64,000 bases of DNA from Felis catus (GCF_018350175.1 NC_058369.1:9612001-9676000); one strand, 5' to 3'; counted from the first letter of the stretch, positions 37,531 through 50,824 are shown. Translations and numbers: made by a program. The notes: generated by a model from the sequence alone, not told the origin.

Positions 37531-38299
37531 AGGTCTGATGCTCGGCGAAGTCAGTCAGCTTCCTCCATCAGGCAGGCTTGGCCTTGCCAGAGGGGGCAAA
37601 ACAACCCAAGAGCCCCTGCCGGTCACTGTGAAGGCAGAGACAGCTGAAAGATCCTGGAATAGAACCTTCCTCACTTGCCCCAGGTCTTAGGGGCCTCTGG
37701 TCCTGTAAGCTGACATTTCAAAAAGAATGATGAAATCAATAAGTAAAACCCTCTGCCAGAGTTTTTCCTGTCCCAGAGCTGCACTTGGCATCACTTTGCG
37801 GTTCACTTGCACAGCACTTTGTTCAATGTTAATTCCACCCTTTGTCCCTGGAACCCTGGTCCCGATCTTTCTGTTTCCTGGGCAGCGGCGGGGGGGGGGG
37901 GGGGGGGGGGGGGGTAGCGGGCAGACACACGACAGCGTGTAGTGAAATCCGTCTTATTAAATAAACCCTCCTAGAGGAAGGATGTATTTGCCCCTAGTGA
38001 CACCTTTAGGCGTTTCTGCAAATCTCTGCGACGCCGTAGAGGAAAACAAAATTGTCAACAGGGATAAACTCAGCTACTTAAGACGTTTGCAGATCTGGGG
38101 GCCTTCCTGCCGCCTGGATTTGGGGGTGTAGGAGGGACTAGAAGCCAAGCGGGAAGGGAGGGGCCAGCATCAGTCACAGACCCCCAGCCACCCACCCCAC
38201 CCCACCCCCGCCCCAACGGCAAGGGGCTTAAGACTGTCCCCGAAAGAGATGGCAAGGGTGCTGTGAAGTCGTGGACTCTGAAAAAGAATCCGGACGGAG

Positions 38300-40270
38300 C
38301 CGCCTGCCCAGCAGAGACCCATCCCCAGGACCCTGGCTCGGAGCTCAGGAGCCAGGGGGTGCAGATAGGGGCTCCCCTCCTGTGGGTTCGGCCCCAGCTT
38401 GAGGCTGCCGCCTCCAGGAAGGCCCTCTGTCCTGTTTACATTCTATTCTGGTTCCTACTCCCGGCGCAGTCTCCCAGGGTCCCCGAAGCAGGAGCCCACC
38501 CCCCTCCACCCCCCAGAAGGCAGAAGCCCCGCCGCCCGCTTCCCCCGCCCGCCCCCTCGGGTCGCGGCGACACGTGTCCTGCGAGGCTGCCGCTGTCAGC
38601 AGCTCGAGCAGGAGGGGAGAGGGATCCCGCTGCCAGTCTCACGTCTTGGGGAACAAAAAGCCACCCCGAGAGTCCACCGTGTCCAAAATAGAAAGGGGGA
38701 GGTTGGTCTTAGAGGGGTGACGAGCGCTGTCCCCGCTTGTCATTTGGCGCAAGGGAGGGGAGAATATTAAATATTAAACACAGCAAGCGGTTTCCTAAGA
38801 CGAGGTAATTATTCTCAACAGCCTAAACTCCACCTGCCATCTCCCTCTTTCCAACATTCACGCTGCCCTGAGCACAGAAAACAAGGCCGGGCCACACCGG
38901 CGAAGGCAACTTTTGTTTCGGGGACCCCCCCCCCAAGACAGAGGCGATGGGGGAGGGGAAGGCGCGCGGGATCCCGAGAGCCCTGTCGCCTGTCCAGCCT
39001 GCCTGGGTCTCCACGCAGAAAGAGGCTTAATGCAGACCCGAGGCAGGGGGGGGAGAGGGGGGTGGGGGCGGAGGACACGAAAAAGTCCAATTTGGCTCAG
39101 ATCCGAAACTACTCACGGGAAACCGCGCAAGCCCAGGGCAGGTGGCGAAGCAGGAAGGCGCTCCAAGGTGGGGGGGGGGGGGGGGGGGGGGGCTCAGGGC
39201 CGTTGACAGAAAATGGGTGTTTAAGAAAGAAATGTTCAAAGTATACGCTGGACATCAGGGCTCTGCCCCCCGCACCTCCCGCGTGCAGAAAAACTATCCA
39301 GAAAGGGGCAGCGGTTTTTTCAGCCAGAAACAAGGAAACTCTGGAGACACACGGTCTCCCCTCCACCCACCCATCCCCCCTCCCAAAAAAACACCACGAT
39401 TCATAGGAAGGGGGTGAGGGAGGTCACGGCGTTTCCACCCCTGCAGACAGAGGGAAACGTTGCAGCTGCGGGAGAACGGATTCGACTCCCGCCAGGACCG
39501 GCCCCAGCGGCCCCAGCTCGCTCACCTGTATCGCATGGGCTCCGGGGCTCCGGCGGTGTAGCTAGTGAGCGGCGCAGCGCACCCGCCAGCTGTCCTGAGG
39601 GTCCCACCTTGCCAGCGCCCGGGGAGCCGAGCCGGCTGAAGCCCACGCACCCATTGCCCATCCAATGGAAAGGAGACGAGCAGAGAGACGGGGGGACGCC
39701 AGCAGCAGCCGTGTTCCGAGCCGAGGGCTCCCCACAAAGGCAGGCGCCAAGCTTGGCTGTGCCAGCTGCAGGGAGGGGGCTGGGGGGGGGGGGTGCAGAA
39801 AGAGGAGGAGGTTTCCCTGATTCTGGAAGGACGGGGGGCGGGGGGGGAGGACTAGCAGTTCATCAGCAACTCCTCATTTCCAGCCAAGCGCTCCTCGGGG
39901 ACCCAGCACGCGAGGCTGGATACGCTGCGCCCCCCGCCCCTCCATTGCTCCCAAGGGAAAATTAATTTCTTGCTCTTTTTTTCCAGGCCCCTCAGCAACT
40001 GGCGCCGCGCGACCTCCCGCACGGGGCAGGGCACTAGTTTCTAGAAGGATATGCGGTTTATCCTGCAGGCCACCTCCTTTCAAGACGGGCTTCTCTTAAG
40101 GAGCAGGGGAGAGAGGGTAACACGAGGGCTCGCTCTCTTCCTGGGGGGGAGGGGAGCGGGGGGGGGGGGGTCTGCGGAGGGGGCGTCTCCAACAGGCGGG
40201 AGGCGGCGGGGCTGTGGAATCACGCTCACAATTTAAGCGTCTCCCCTCCGCCAATCGCAACCTAAATTAT
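38300..40270. promoter_or_regulatory. Second CpG-rich, repeat-free island; putative upstream promoter for the minus-strand gene
   Basis: CpG-dense and SINE-free from about 37.5 to 40.8 kb; CCAAT at 40251-40255, AT-rich TTTAA at 40232-40236, GC boxes and G-runs. Confidence 0.65.
39526..40220 (-). other. CACNA1A: Putative first exon ending in a strong donor; contains ATG CGA TAC AG (M-R-Y, phase 2) at 39536..39526; 5' boundary uncertain
   Basis: Minus strand gagcccATGCGATACAG|GTGAGC inside the CpG island; same phase as the 26094 donor. Confidence 0.45.
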
Positions 40271-40845
40271 TGATGCCCTTACAAAAACACACTCATTAGA
40301 AGACAGCTGCTGAGCCCCTCCCTGAGTCTTTTCTGTTCTTTCCCCCAAACAGCTTCCCCCTTCCCCACCCCCCACCCCTCCTTAGCCCGAAGGGTCGTAT
40401 TCTTGGAACGGAAAGGCAGAGAGAGAAGGAAAACAGCCTTTCCAAGCAAAAAAAAAAAAAAAAAAGCAATTGATTGCAAGTTCTGGGGTTTCGTTGCCAC
40501 AGGCAAACACTTAGGTTCCAAACACTGAGATGACCCCCCAGCCTGACTCTATTTAAAGGGGGCCTTCTGTTAACAGCGAGGGTTGTTTTTCTTCTAAGAG
40601 GCTTCTAGGGTACAGAGAGACCCCATAATTTTTCCCAAGGTAGAGTCAGAGTCGGGATATCTACCTTCCTGGGGATAGCGACACTTTTTTTTTTTAATTG
40701 AGATAATTATGTCAGTTTCAGGCATACAGCATTATGATTCCATAGTTGTATAGACTGTGAATCGCATATCTAAGAATGTGGCATTGTTTAGACAGAATTG
40801 GACCTGGGCTGGATGTTAGGGAATCTGGAATTAGTGTTCGTTTGG

Positions 40846-41690
40846 GGTTTTTTTTAATGTTTTTTTTTTTTAATGTTTATTTATTTTTGAAAGAGAGAGA
40901 CAGAGAGTCAGCAGGGGAAGGGCAGAGAGAGAGAGGGAGACACAGAATCCAAAGCGGGGCTCCAGGCTCTGAGCCGTCAGCACAGAGCCTGGCTCGGGGC
41001 TCAAATCCACAAACCTTGAGAGCATGACCTGAGCCGAAGTGGGACGCTTAACCCACTGAGACACGTAAATGCCCCCTATTTGTTCGTTTTTATAAAGGTC
41101 TGTTGATAGTATTTTCATCATGGCATTTTTTTTTTAGGTCCTTATTTCTTAGAGATTCTTATTGAAGTGTTTATGGGTGAGGTGGGGAGTGACCCTAATG
41201 GACACAAGGTTTCCTTGGGGGGGGGGGGGGATGAAAGAGTTCTGAAACCAGCCAGAGGTGGTGTCCTCAGTGGCATTGTCAATGTACTAAACTCCACAGA
41301 GCTGTTCCCTTTCAAATGGTTAATTTCATGTGACAAGAATTTCAAAAATAAAAACAATAAACTCCAACAAAAAAGGGAAGGAAAGGCAAACAGAGCAAAA
41401 TGCTGCGGAGGAAGAGGCATGCAGTGCGTGGTATTTTTTTTTTTTTTTTTTTCATTGTCTTCTCTCTGCCGGGTGTGTGCTTGACATTTTCTCTTTTACA
41501 GAGAAAAGTGGGAGGGGTGACTCAGTGGATTGAGCCTCCGACTTCGGCTCAGGTCACGATCTCACGGTTTGTGGGTTCAAGCCCCGCGTCAGGCTCTGTG
41601 CTGACAGCTCAGAGCCTGGAGCTGCTTCAGACTCTCTCTCTGTCTCAAAAAATAGATAATAAACATTAAAAAAAAAATTATAAAAAAAAT
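40846..41690. mobile_element. CanSINEs (40846-41075 -, 41514-41690 +) with an old L1M 3' fragment between them
   Basis: SINEC motifs; gatgaaagagttctgaaa...aatgtactaaa. Confidence 0.85.
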
Positions 41691-42179
41691 AAAGAGGCAA
41701 GTGGGAGTGGGGTGGAGTGGGAAGAATGCAGCCTGTGGAGGTAGTTTGAATCGACAGATGGGGGGGGGGGGGCCCTGTGGGTGAGTGCCGCCCCCAGTTC
41801 AGCAGCCAGGCCTGCAAAGCGAAAAGAACAAGCCTGGGGGCCCCGGGGTCTGGGAGAGCAAGCTGGCCCTGCCACCTTAGATGAGCCTCGGTCTCCTCAT
41901 CAGTAAAACGGGGCTCATCCTTCTGGGAATTTTGTGAGAATTGCGTGAGACCCCCGTGGAAAAGTGGGGGGGGGGGGAAGGATACTTGCTTCTATGCATC
42001 CTAAAACCATCTCTGGAAAGCGGCTCAAGAATTAATCACAAGGGCTCTAGTGGGGGCGGGGACCCTGCTTGAGACGACAGGGGTGGAGTCGGCTTTCCCT
42101 TTTCTATTTAGGGGGCTTGGAAACGGGTGAGTATAGCAGAGATTAAAACATTAAATTAAAAAGTGAGGTCGTGTCTGTC

Positions 42180-42388
42180 AACAGAGGCACCGCTTTCTCT
42201 ATAAAGGGCCGGGTAAATACCCTAGGCTTCGTCCTCACACGGTCTCTGTGACCTACACTCAGTTCTGCCGGTAGGGGCGCCACAGACAACGTGTGAATAA
42301 GCGGCATGGCTGTGTGCCAATAAAACTTTATTTACAAAGACTGGTTACAGACTGATTTGGCCCCTGGGCTGAGGTTTGCTGACTTCTG
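42180..42388 (+). mobile_element. MER58A-like hAT MITE
   Basis: tataaagggcc...ggctgtgtgccaataaaactttatttacaaa...gtttgctgacttctg. Confidence 0.75.
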
Positions 42389-42469
42389 ATGTATGTAAGT
42401 CCCTTTACCTTGTGCCACATATCAAGGGCTTTTCTTCTTCTTCTTCTTTTTTTTTTTAAAGCCTGGTGG

Positions 42470-44729
42470 TTTTTTTTTTTAATTTTTTTTCATAATCTTT
42501 ATTTATTTTTGAGAGAGAGAGAGACGAGTGTATGAGTTGGGGAGGAACAGAGACAAAGGGAGACACAGAATGCAAAGCAGGCTCCAGGCTCTAAGCTGTC
42601 AGCACAGAGCCTGATGCGGGGCTTGAACTCACGAACGGTGAGATCATGACCAGAGCCAAACTCCGACGCTTAAGGGACTGAGCCACCCGGGTGCCCCTCA
42701 AGGGCTTTTCTAAATCCCAAGCTCTGCCACCGGTAAGCCGTGGGGCCCTGGGCAAGTCACATAAGATTTCAAAACCAGGAGAATCATACTCGAGGGGGGT
42801 TGTTTTGAGTATATACTGAGACGTTGAGTATCAACGCGCACTGTGCACTCTAAAATGCTGTATATGTGAGATATTATTATTGTTATGCCGGAAGCCGTAA
42901 GTCTGTGCAATTAGCATTGAATTTTCCTATTTTTAAATCACACAACTTGTATGAGTCACGTCATGATGAACAGAAATAGCCATCCTGGTTTCCTTAAAAG
43001 TCCTCTGAGAATGTAAAAAAGTTCTGCTTTTTTTCCCTTACGCGAATGAGACCATCCTGAGTTAACCGTCTTTTAAACCCTGGTGTCTTTTGCAAGAATT
43101 GGTGACCGTGAATAGATCTGAACAATTGGCCCCAATTATTCATGCCTTCCTGTCTCCTTATCTCTGCCACGTTCACCTTGTGGGTGACGTGTGCTTCCCC
43201 AACCCTTGGCTTTGGACTTGCTTCCGTCAATGGCACGAGGGCAAAACGCAATGAGTCGGTTCCAAGCCCGGGCGTTAAGAGGCCTCACGTGCTCCCTCCT
43301 GCCCTCTGGCGCCTCCGTCCTGGCCGTGACAACTGTCCCCGGAGGAGGATGACAGCTACAGGGAGCAGAGTCATCATCCAGCCAGTCCCACTCAGATTAG
43401 CCGGCTCTGGCTAACTCCCAGGTGCAAGGGGATATATGACCGTTGCTTTAAGCTCCGGAGCTTTGGGGTGTTTATGATGCAGCGTTATTGCTCCGACCCA
43501 CTGATCGTCTGACCCGGAAAAGAAGCACATCAACGGAGTCAGCCCCGTAGCCAAAGTCTGGGCCCCCACTCCACTAATTCCAAGGAGCTTTCCGATTCCG
43601 CCCACAAAATGATGCCTGAGGGGAAACATTTTAGAAGACAATGTGCTGGGGCGCCTGGGGGGCGCAGTCGGTTGAGCGTCCGACTTCAGCCAGGTCACGA
43701 TCTCGCGGTCCGTGGGTTCGAGCCCCGCGTCGGGCTCTGGGCTGATGGCTCAGAGCCTGGAGCCTGTTTCCGATTCTGTGTCTCCCTCTCTCTCTCTGCC
43801 CCTCCCCCGTTCATGCTCTGTCTCTCTCTGTCCCCAAAATAAATAAATGTTGAAAAAAAATTAAAAAAAAAAAAAGAAGACAATGTGCTGTGCCCATCGA
43901 ATCGAGAGACGGGGATCAGGGGTCAGCTGGTCCAGAAGGAGTACGCAAAACGTTACATCACTTACCTGCCCCCCACCCCCCCCCGGATTGGCCGCCCCCA
44001 ACAGCAAGGAAGGCTGGGGAATGTGGATTTGGGTGCACACTCGTGGCGTCTGCCACGATACAGAACGTGGTGAGATCACCTGATAAGGTTTGGGGGAGAT
44101 GGGAGAGGTTCGCTAAACGCGTTTCCCCCTTCTCTCCCTGTTGAACTTTTATCTATTTTAAGTTTATTATTTTTGAGAGCGAGAAAGAGGGAGTGGGGTA
44201 GGGGCAGAGAGCGAGGGAAAGAGAGGGAATCCCAATCCCGACGTGGGGCTTGAACCCACGAACCGCGAGACCGCAGTCTGAGCCAAAGCCGGAGGCTTAA
44301 CCGGCTGAGCCACCCAGGCGCCCCTTTAATGTTTTATTTTTGAGAGAGCACGCACGTGAACGGAGGAGGGACAGAGAGAGAGGGGGACGGAAGATCCAAA
44401 GCAGGCTCTGCGCTGAGCGCAGCAAGCCCGATGTGGGGCTCGAACTCACAAACTGCGAGATCGCGACCTGAGCCAAAGTCAAGAGGCTCAACCGACCGAG
44501 CCGCCCGGGCGCCCCTCTTTATTTATTTATTTTTTTAATGTTTCTTTATTTATCTTGAGAGAGAGACAGAGCAAGTCGGGGAGGGGCAGAGGGAGAGGGA
44601 GAGAGAGAATCCCAAGCAGGCTCCGTGCTGTCAGCATACAACCCGGCACGGGGCTCAGTCTCATGAACTGTGAGATGGTGACCTGAGCTGAAGTTGGATG
44701 CTTAACCGACTGAGCCACCCAGGCACCCC
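42470..44729. mobile_element. CanSINEs (42470-42697 -, 43647-43875 + with TSD agaagacaatgtgct, three tandem minus copies 44150-44729) and an MLT1 relic (about 43115-43500)
   Basis: SINEC motifs; MaLR-like gttgctttaagc...ggggtgtttatgatgcagc. Confidence 0.85.
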
Positions 44730-44769
44730 TGAAGCTCCCACCATCTAGAACAATCTCGGTTACCGTGGC

Positions 44770-45230
44770 GGTGAAAAGGGGGATGGAGAATGGTGCCCCG
44801 GCTCTTGAATACTCTCTCAGAGAAGTGACTCACATCACTTCTGCTCATTTGTCATTGGCCAGAGCAAATCGGATGACCACCCTCGACTTTGGCAGTGTAG
44901 ACGAGAGGGGTCCCCTGTGTCTGTGTGTCAGTTATCTCTTGCTGTGTAACCAAACCACCCCAAAATTAGTGGTTTAGAACGACAAAAGATTGATTTTTTT
45001 GTTTAGGTTATCTCAGTGGCTCGTCCGATCACGGCCAGGGTAGCTGCTCTCCGTAGTCTGCTGGTGGTTTGGCTGGGGCTGGGTGAGCTACTGTGGCCTC
45101 ATTCGTGTCTAGTGGTTGGCCCGTCTTAGCTGGGAAAACTCACCTCTGCTCCATGTGGTATATCATCCTCCAACAGGCTAGCCCAGTTGTTTTAACCACT
45201 GTTTGGAGACCTCCATTCCAGGATACGAGG
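44770..45230. mobile_element. MaLR (MLT1) LTR relics
   Basis: catcacttctgctcatttgtcattggccagagc; ttgctgtgtaaccaaaccaccccaaaattagtggtttagaac. Confidence 0.7.
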
Positions 45231-46139
45231 CGACTGGAATCAGAGATAGGAAAGGCAGAGATTGGCATCACACCAGGTCTGTTGCGTATGGGTAGGGCAG
45301 CCTCTAGGTTTGTGCAGTGCACAACCTGTGCAACCGACAACATGATAGTCAGTATCTCTCCCCGCCCGCCACCTCCATTCTTTTGACCCACCTCCAGAGA
45401 ATGATGAGTGTGTGAGCGCACGGCTCTGAGCCTAGAACTGTCAAAATTCCTGTGCCAAGAGCTTTCTTAGGTCCTGGGCCAAAAACAATGTATCGGCTGC
45501 TTGGGCTTCCTTTCACCTCTACCTGGCCCTCTTTTCTCTCTATGTATCTTCAGTATATAGATTTCTGACCCATCCCACCAATTAACATCCAGCCGGTTCT
45601 TGCAGTGGGCCAGACACATGTGGTTGTGCTGAATACCCCCAGCGGCCCCCAAACCTGTCTCAGCGGAGCATCTGGACTCAGACTCGAAGGAGTTTGCATC
45701 TTCAAAGAAGACAAGATCAGTCAAGATCGTACCTCCTTTTTCTATGTCTTCCTCGGGACGTGAGAAAATGGGCGAAGCAGTTCGTTGATCTCGGGTGGGA
45801 TGTTAGACTCCGAAGTCCTGTTTGTATAATTCAAAACCCACCACGAGAGCCCCTTTTCTCTGGACTTCCGCCAAAGAACACTCAATGAGTCGTGTCCAAA
45901 CCAAAGGATCAAGAGAAAACGGGACCCCTGGGCAAGTCGTTTCCTCAAGCCTCCTGACATCGAGTTTGTTGAGGCCTTGAGCGGTTGTCTGCACTTTCCC
46001 CCACCTCTCACCCGTGTTGTGTTTGAGACTCCAAAAGAGCCGGGCTGGGTAATGTAGCCCATTCACGTCTGGTGGCTGGCGGACCCGCTAACTGTCTCTC
46101 GAGCTCCACTCCCCCCCACCTTCCACGGTAAAACAATTT

Positions 46140-46530
46140 GAGCCGGGCGCGTGGCAAAGGCCAGCATTTCCCATCATCCCTTGCAGTCGGGTATGGCCAA
46201 GGCCTCACCAGGGGAACACGAGCGGAAGTCATGTACGTAGCTCCCAGGTTGCCGGCTGAAGGGGGATCCCCTTGTCCTGAACTTTCTCTCTTTCCGTATT
46301 CAGTGTGGAAGAGTAACCACCAGCTTCAACCGTGCCCGTGAGGACAGCACCCTGGGTGATGACAGAATCACGAGACGGAAGGAAGCCGGGGCTTGGATGA
46401 TCTCAAAGGAGCAGCACCATCTACTTGGCCCCAGGACGTCTGCTTGGCTATTAGGTGAAAAAGAAATTTCTATCCGGCCTGAGCCATTATGTTTTGGCTC
46501 TCTTGGCTTAAGCTGTATGCTCACTGTTAC
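46140..46530. mobile_element. MaLR (MLT1) LTR relic
   Basis: cagcatttcccatcatcccttgcag...ggaaggaagccggggc...aagaaatttctat. Confidence 0.6.
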
Positions 46531-46958
46531 AGCAAGTTGTGGCCATAACTATTCTCCTTACTCTCTTAATGTCTCCTTAGTATCTCCTCCTGCTCTTTGG
46601 AGGACCTAGGTCGGAAGTGAATATCTTGACTTCCGGCCCTGCTTCATGTTCCCATGCCGATGTTTGTGGACACTGACCTCTTGTTCCGATGCCCGTGTGC
46701 CCTATGAACACTCTGACCGTATCTTTCTGAATCAAATAGTGAGATACAGATGTGTCTGCAGAAACGATGAAGGTGACGCAGTTCTGAGCCAGGCATCTGC
46801 CGTCCTCCAAGTGCCCATCCGAATCGCCAGGCTACCTCAGGGTGGCACTCGGGCCGTCTCATCTCTCTGACCCTCAGTGGATTCTGCTGTAACCGGCAGA
46901 TGAGGGTAGTGCCTACCACGAGGAGTCACGGCAAGGATTCAGTCAAAAATGTAGACTG

Positions 46959-47530
46959 AGGCGCGTCCGGGTGGCTGAGTCAGATGAGCGTCCGACTTGG
47001 GCTCGGGTCCCGATCTCGTGGCTCACGAATGCGGGAGCCGGAGCCCTGCCTCAGGCTCCCTGCTGTCAGCGTGGAGCCCACTCCGGATCCTCTCTCTGTC
47101 CCTCGCTCTCTGCCCCTCCCCCACTAGCGTCTGCACACACACACACACACACACACTCTCTCTCAAATAAATAAACATCTGAAAAAAATGCAGATTGAGA
47201 ATGTAGCATGGGACCGGGACACAGCAAGCGTGCGTTATATGTCAGCTTCTGCCATTGTCATCGTCATCATCCTTGTCTCTTGGAAAAGTCCAGGGCAATA
47301 GTGAATGGTTAAGTCTCTGGAGCCAGAGGACCACTGCCAGAATCCTTGCTCTAGCAGTTACTGGCCCTGTGACGCGGAGGAAGTCACTTAACCTCTACGT
47401 ACCTCCCTTCTCATCTGCGGGACGGGTATGATCGTAATATCTGCAAGGCCTTTGTGAAGTTAAAAACGTACAAGGCACTTAGGCCAGCCCCCGACGCATA
47501 ATAAAGGCTACGTGAGTATTAGTTGTTGGT
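46959..47530 (+). mobile_element. CanSINE (46959-47188) and MIR (47295-47530)
   Basis: SINEC motifs; aagtcacttaacctct...ctcatctgc. Confidence 0.8.
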
Positions 47531-47934
47531 GCCCTTAGGATTATTCCTAGATTATTACCCTTTGTACCCAGCGGAATCCATGCAGAAGCCAGAGGGCAAG
47601 CTCAAACTGGGCAATTTGAGAAGCGCTTCATAAAATATATTTACAACAAGAGCAGGGAGGGTGAGATCGTTCAGCCCCCACCGGCTAGCAGCAGCGGGGA
47701 GCGGTTCCCATCCACGCCTAAAGGAGCAAAGAGGGGGGAACAGTGTTCCGATCCTGCAGAGGGACAGATGTACAGAGCGCGGCCTGAAGGAGCTGTGGCC
47801 TTCCGTAGAGGGATGCACACACTCCATAGCGACGTGGAATAGAGGGAGCCAAGAAAATAAACTCCCCAACCTCACTCTTCTCCCACCTTTGCTCTGGGAG
47901 TGCCTCCTGTTGGCTCAACCAACTGGAAGCTGTG

Positions 47935-48392
47935 CGTGGTGGTTACCTTGGTGTGTTGACTTGACCGAGCTACGTGGGGTGCCCAGATGGTTGGCCAAAC
48001 ACGATTCTGGGTGTTTCCCTGAGGGAGTTTTCTGATGAGATTGACCTTTAAATCAGTGTGCTTTGGGGAAAACAGATCGTGCTCCCTAACGTGGTGGGCC
48101 TCGTCCAATCAGTTGAAGGTGTGAACAGCTCAACAGATTGACCTTCCAAAACAAGACAGCTTTGCTCCAAGAGAGGCCTGTGGACCAGAACTGGGACATT
48201 TGGTCTCTCTGCCTTCGGGCTCAAACTGAAACACCGGCTCTTCCTGGGTCTCTCGAGCCTGCTGGCCTTCAGACTGGAACTGTACCATCAGCCTTCCTAC
48301 ATCTCCCGTTTTCAGGCCTACGTTGAAAATTACGGACGGGTCAGCCCCTCCCCAACAATTACACGCGCTAATTCCTCCTAATAAATCTCTTG
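47935..48392 (+). mobile_element. ERVL LTR (MLT2-like)
   Basis: tgtgttgacttgacc...gcccagatggttggccaaacacgattctgggtg...gtgggcctcgtccaatcagttgaagg. Confidence 0.8.
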
Positions 48393-48934
48393 CTTCTTTA
48401 ACTGATTCTCAGCTACCAGTTCATCATCATCTACATTCCGAAGCCCCGTGATCTGGGTCATTTTTCTCCGCAGTCCTCTTGACCGGATTATTCCCTTCTC
48501 TGGCCACCAAAGGAAACAGATAGAAAAAGGAAAATTAGAGGCTCCAAGGAATCCCCAGTAAGTCTCGGGGCCCTATTCCACCTGCACACGGGCGTCCGCC
48601 GTGACGTCCGGTTTTGAGCCAGCTCCCCTGAGAGAGGAGGGCCTATTACACTGTTTACGTTCTCCTGAGCACATTTTTCTCGGCCAAATTTAAATGCCAT
48701 CCACGACGGCACAGGCCTCTCCCAGCCCGACAGCTGGCGATCTATACACACAGAGCGATGACGGGACGTATGACATGCCCACCATTGGCCCCCGGCCACC
48801 TGCCCAGGCAAGACGAAGGCTACTTGTCTGCCCCGGGCAGAGTCCAAGGGCAGTAACAGCAAGGGATAGGGCAATCCCCACGCGCGCCAATCGTCCAAAC
48901 CAGACTTCCGCTTTGCCGCTTCCCACCTCCATCG

Positions 48935-49660
48935 TTTCCAGGTTGCTGTTTTAGTTTTCTGGGGCAGCCGGAACACGATACCACACACTGGATGGCGGAA
49001 CCGACACAAACGTATCCTCTGCGAGCAAAATCAAGATGGCAGCCGGGCTGATGCCTCCCAAGGCATCTGCTCCAGGCCTCTCTCCCTGGCCTGCAGGTGG
49101 CGCTCTTCGTGCTCACTCCCTGTCCTCTCCACACCCAGCCCAAACCTCCCCCTTTTTTGATAAGGACACTGCTCACACCGGATTAGAGGGCCCACCCTTA
49201 CAACCTCATTTTAACTTAATTACACCTGCAATGACCCAATTCCAAATAAGGTCACATTCTAAGGTGCTGAAGGTTAGGACTTCCATATACATGAATTGGG
49301 GGGGGGGGGGTGCTGTAGAATGAATGTGTGCCCCCCAAATTCATTTATTGAAAGCCTAACCCCAATGTGACGCTACTAGAAGATGGGGCCTTTAGGAGAT
49401 GATAGAGATCCCTCGTGAATGGGATTAGCGCCCTTATAAAGGAGACCCCCCCAGAGAGAGAGAGAGAGCTCCCTTGGCCCTTCTGCCTTATGAGGCCCCA
49501 GCAAGAAGGCACCCATCTACGAACCAGGAAGCCGGACTTCACTGGACCCTGAATCTACCCACACCTGAATCTTGGATTTCCCAGCTTCCCATTATTTCTG
49601 TGGGAAATAAATGTCTGGCAGTCTGTATATTCTGCTATCGCAGCCTCAACAGACTAAGAC
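48935..49660. mobile_element. Two adjacent, oppositely oriented MLT1 LTRs (48935-49310 and 49312-49660)
   Basis: tccaaataaggtcacattctaaggt; tgaatgtgtgccccccaaattcat...gcccttataaa...agactaagaca. Confidence 0.8.
49087..49105 (+). promoter_or_regulatory. CTCF-like motif inside an MLT1 LTR
   Basis: TGGCCTGCAGGTGGCGCTC. Confidence 0.4.
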
Positions 49661-49899
49661 AGGGGGAGGAGACACAATTACTCAACCTGGGTCTCAGTTT
49701 CCTCCTCAAAAAACAGGTCAAGGGGCGCCTGGGTGGCTCAGTCGGTTAAGTAACCGACTCTGGGTTTCGACTCAGGGCGTGATCTCACGGTTCATGAATT
49801 CGAGCAGACTTCCAGATGGAGCCCAGCCGTTGGACAGGACATGGAGAAAAGCCTGCGTGTATATGAAGGAAGGATGCTGGGTAACACGTAACCCCTTGT

Positions 49900-50620
49900 A
49901 ATCAACTTCACTGAGGTATAAATTGCCTGTGACGCAAGGCCCCAAGCTTCAGTGGCCAGCTTGATGAGTTTTGACTAAAGCATACATCACATAACCATCG
50001 CCGCCATCAAGATTCGGAACATCGCCATCGTCCCTTGTGCCCGCTTGCGGTCCACGCTCCCGTTCCTGTCCCCGGACAACCACTGATCTGTTTTCTGTCA
50101 CTAGGGCTTAAACTCAACCATTCAATAATTTTATCAGAATGGACAGATGTCCTATGTCCTCTTTGGTGTCAAATTGCTTTCACTCAACATCACGCTCTCG
50201 AGACTCATCCCTCCCGGTCTGTTTATCAGTATTGGTTCCTTTTTATTGTGCTCTGTTTTATGGCCCGACCCAGTTTGTCCACTCACCTGTGGATAGACAT
50301 TTGTCCCGTTGCCGGTGTTTGGCTCTTAACAAGAAGGCTGCGACGAACATCTGCGTATAAGCCTTTGTGCGGATGTGGGTTTTCGTTTATCCTGGGTAAA
50401 TACCCACAGGGGAATTGCTGGGTCATCTGGTGAGTGTACGTTTAACCCCAGGAGAAGCTACTGGACTATTTTCCACGCGCAGTGGGCCCGTCTCTCTAGC
50501 CTCATCAGCACGCGATGACGCCCGTCTTTTTGACAACAGCCATTCTGGAGGGAGGGTGCAGTCATACTTCGCTGGGGTGTTTTTCTGCATTTCCCTAGCA
50601 GTGAAAGATGCCCTACACAG
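49900..50620 (-). mobile_element. Old L1M 3' fragment
   Basis: aaccactgatctgttttctgtc, ggatagacatttg, cctgggtaaatacc...gaattgctgggtcat. Confidence 0.75.
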
Positions 50621-50824
50621 ACACATGCACGAATGAGCCCTAAAGACACAAAGGGTTGCCCAGGAGTCAGAGAAGAGAAAGCCAAGAACCAGGAGGTAGG
50701 CATGCAAAATGAGAACCCCAAAACTTGCAGAGCGTAAGGGTGGGGGTTTCTACTGACCCTGCGGGGTAAGAGAGGAGGCCTCATGTCCCTGGTGAGCAGG
50801 CGGTGAATAAGAATTGACATTCTT

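Noticed and set aside
45467..45724. 85-aa ORF in non-SINE sequence
   Set aside because: Non-ATG start and no recognisable homology or splice support
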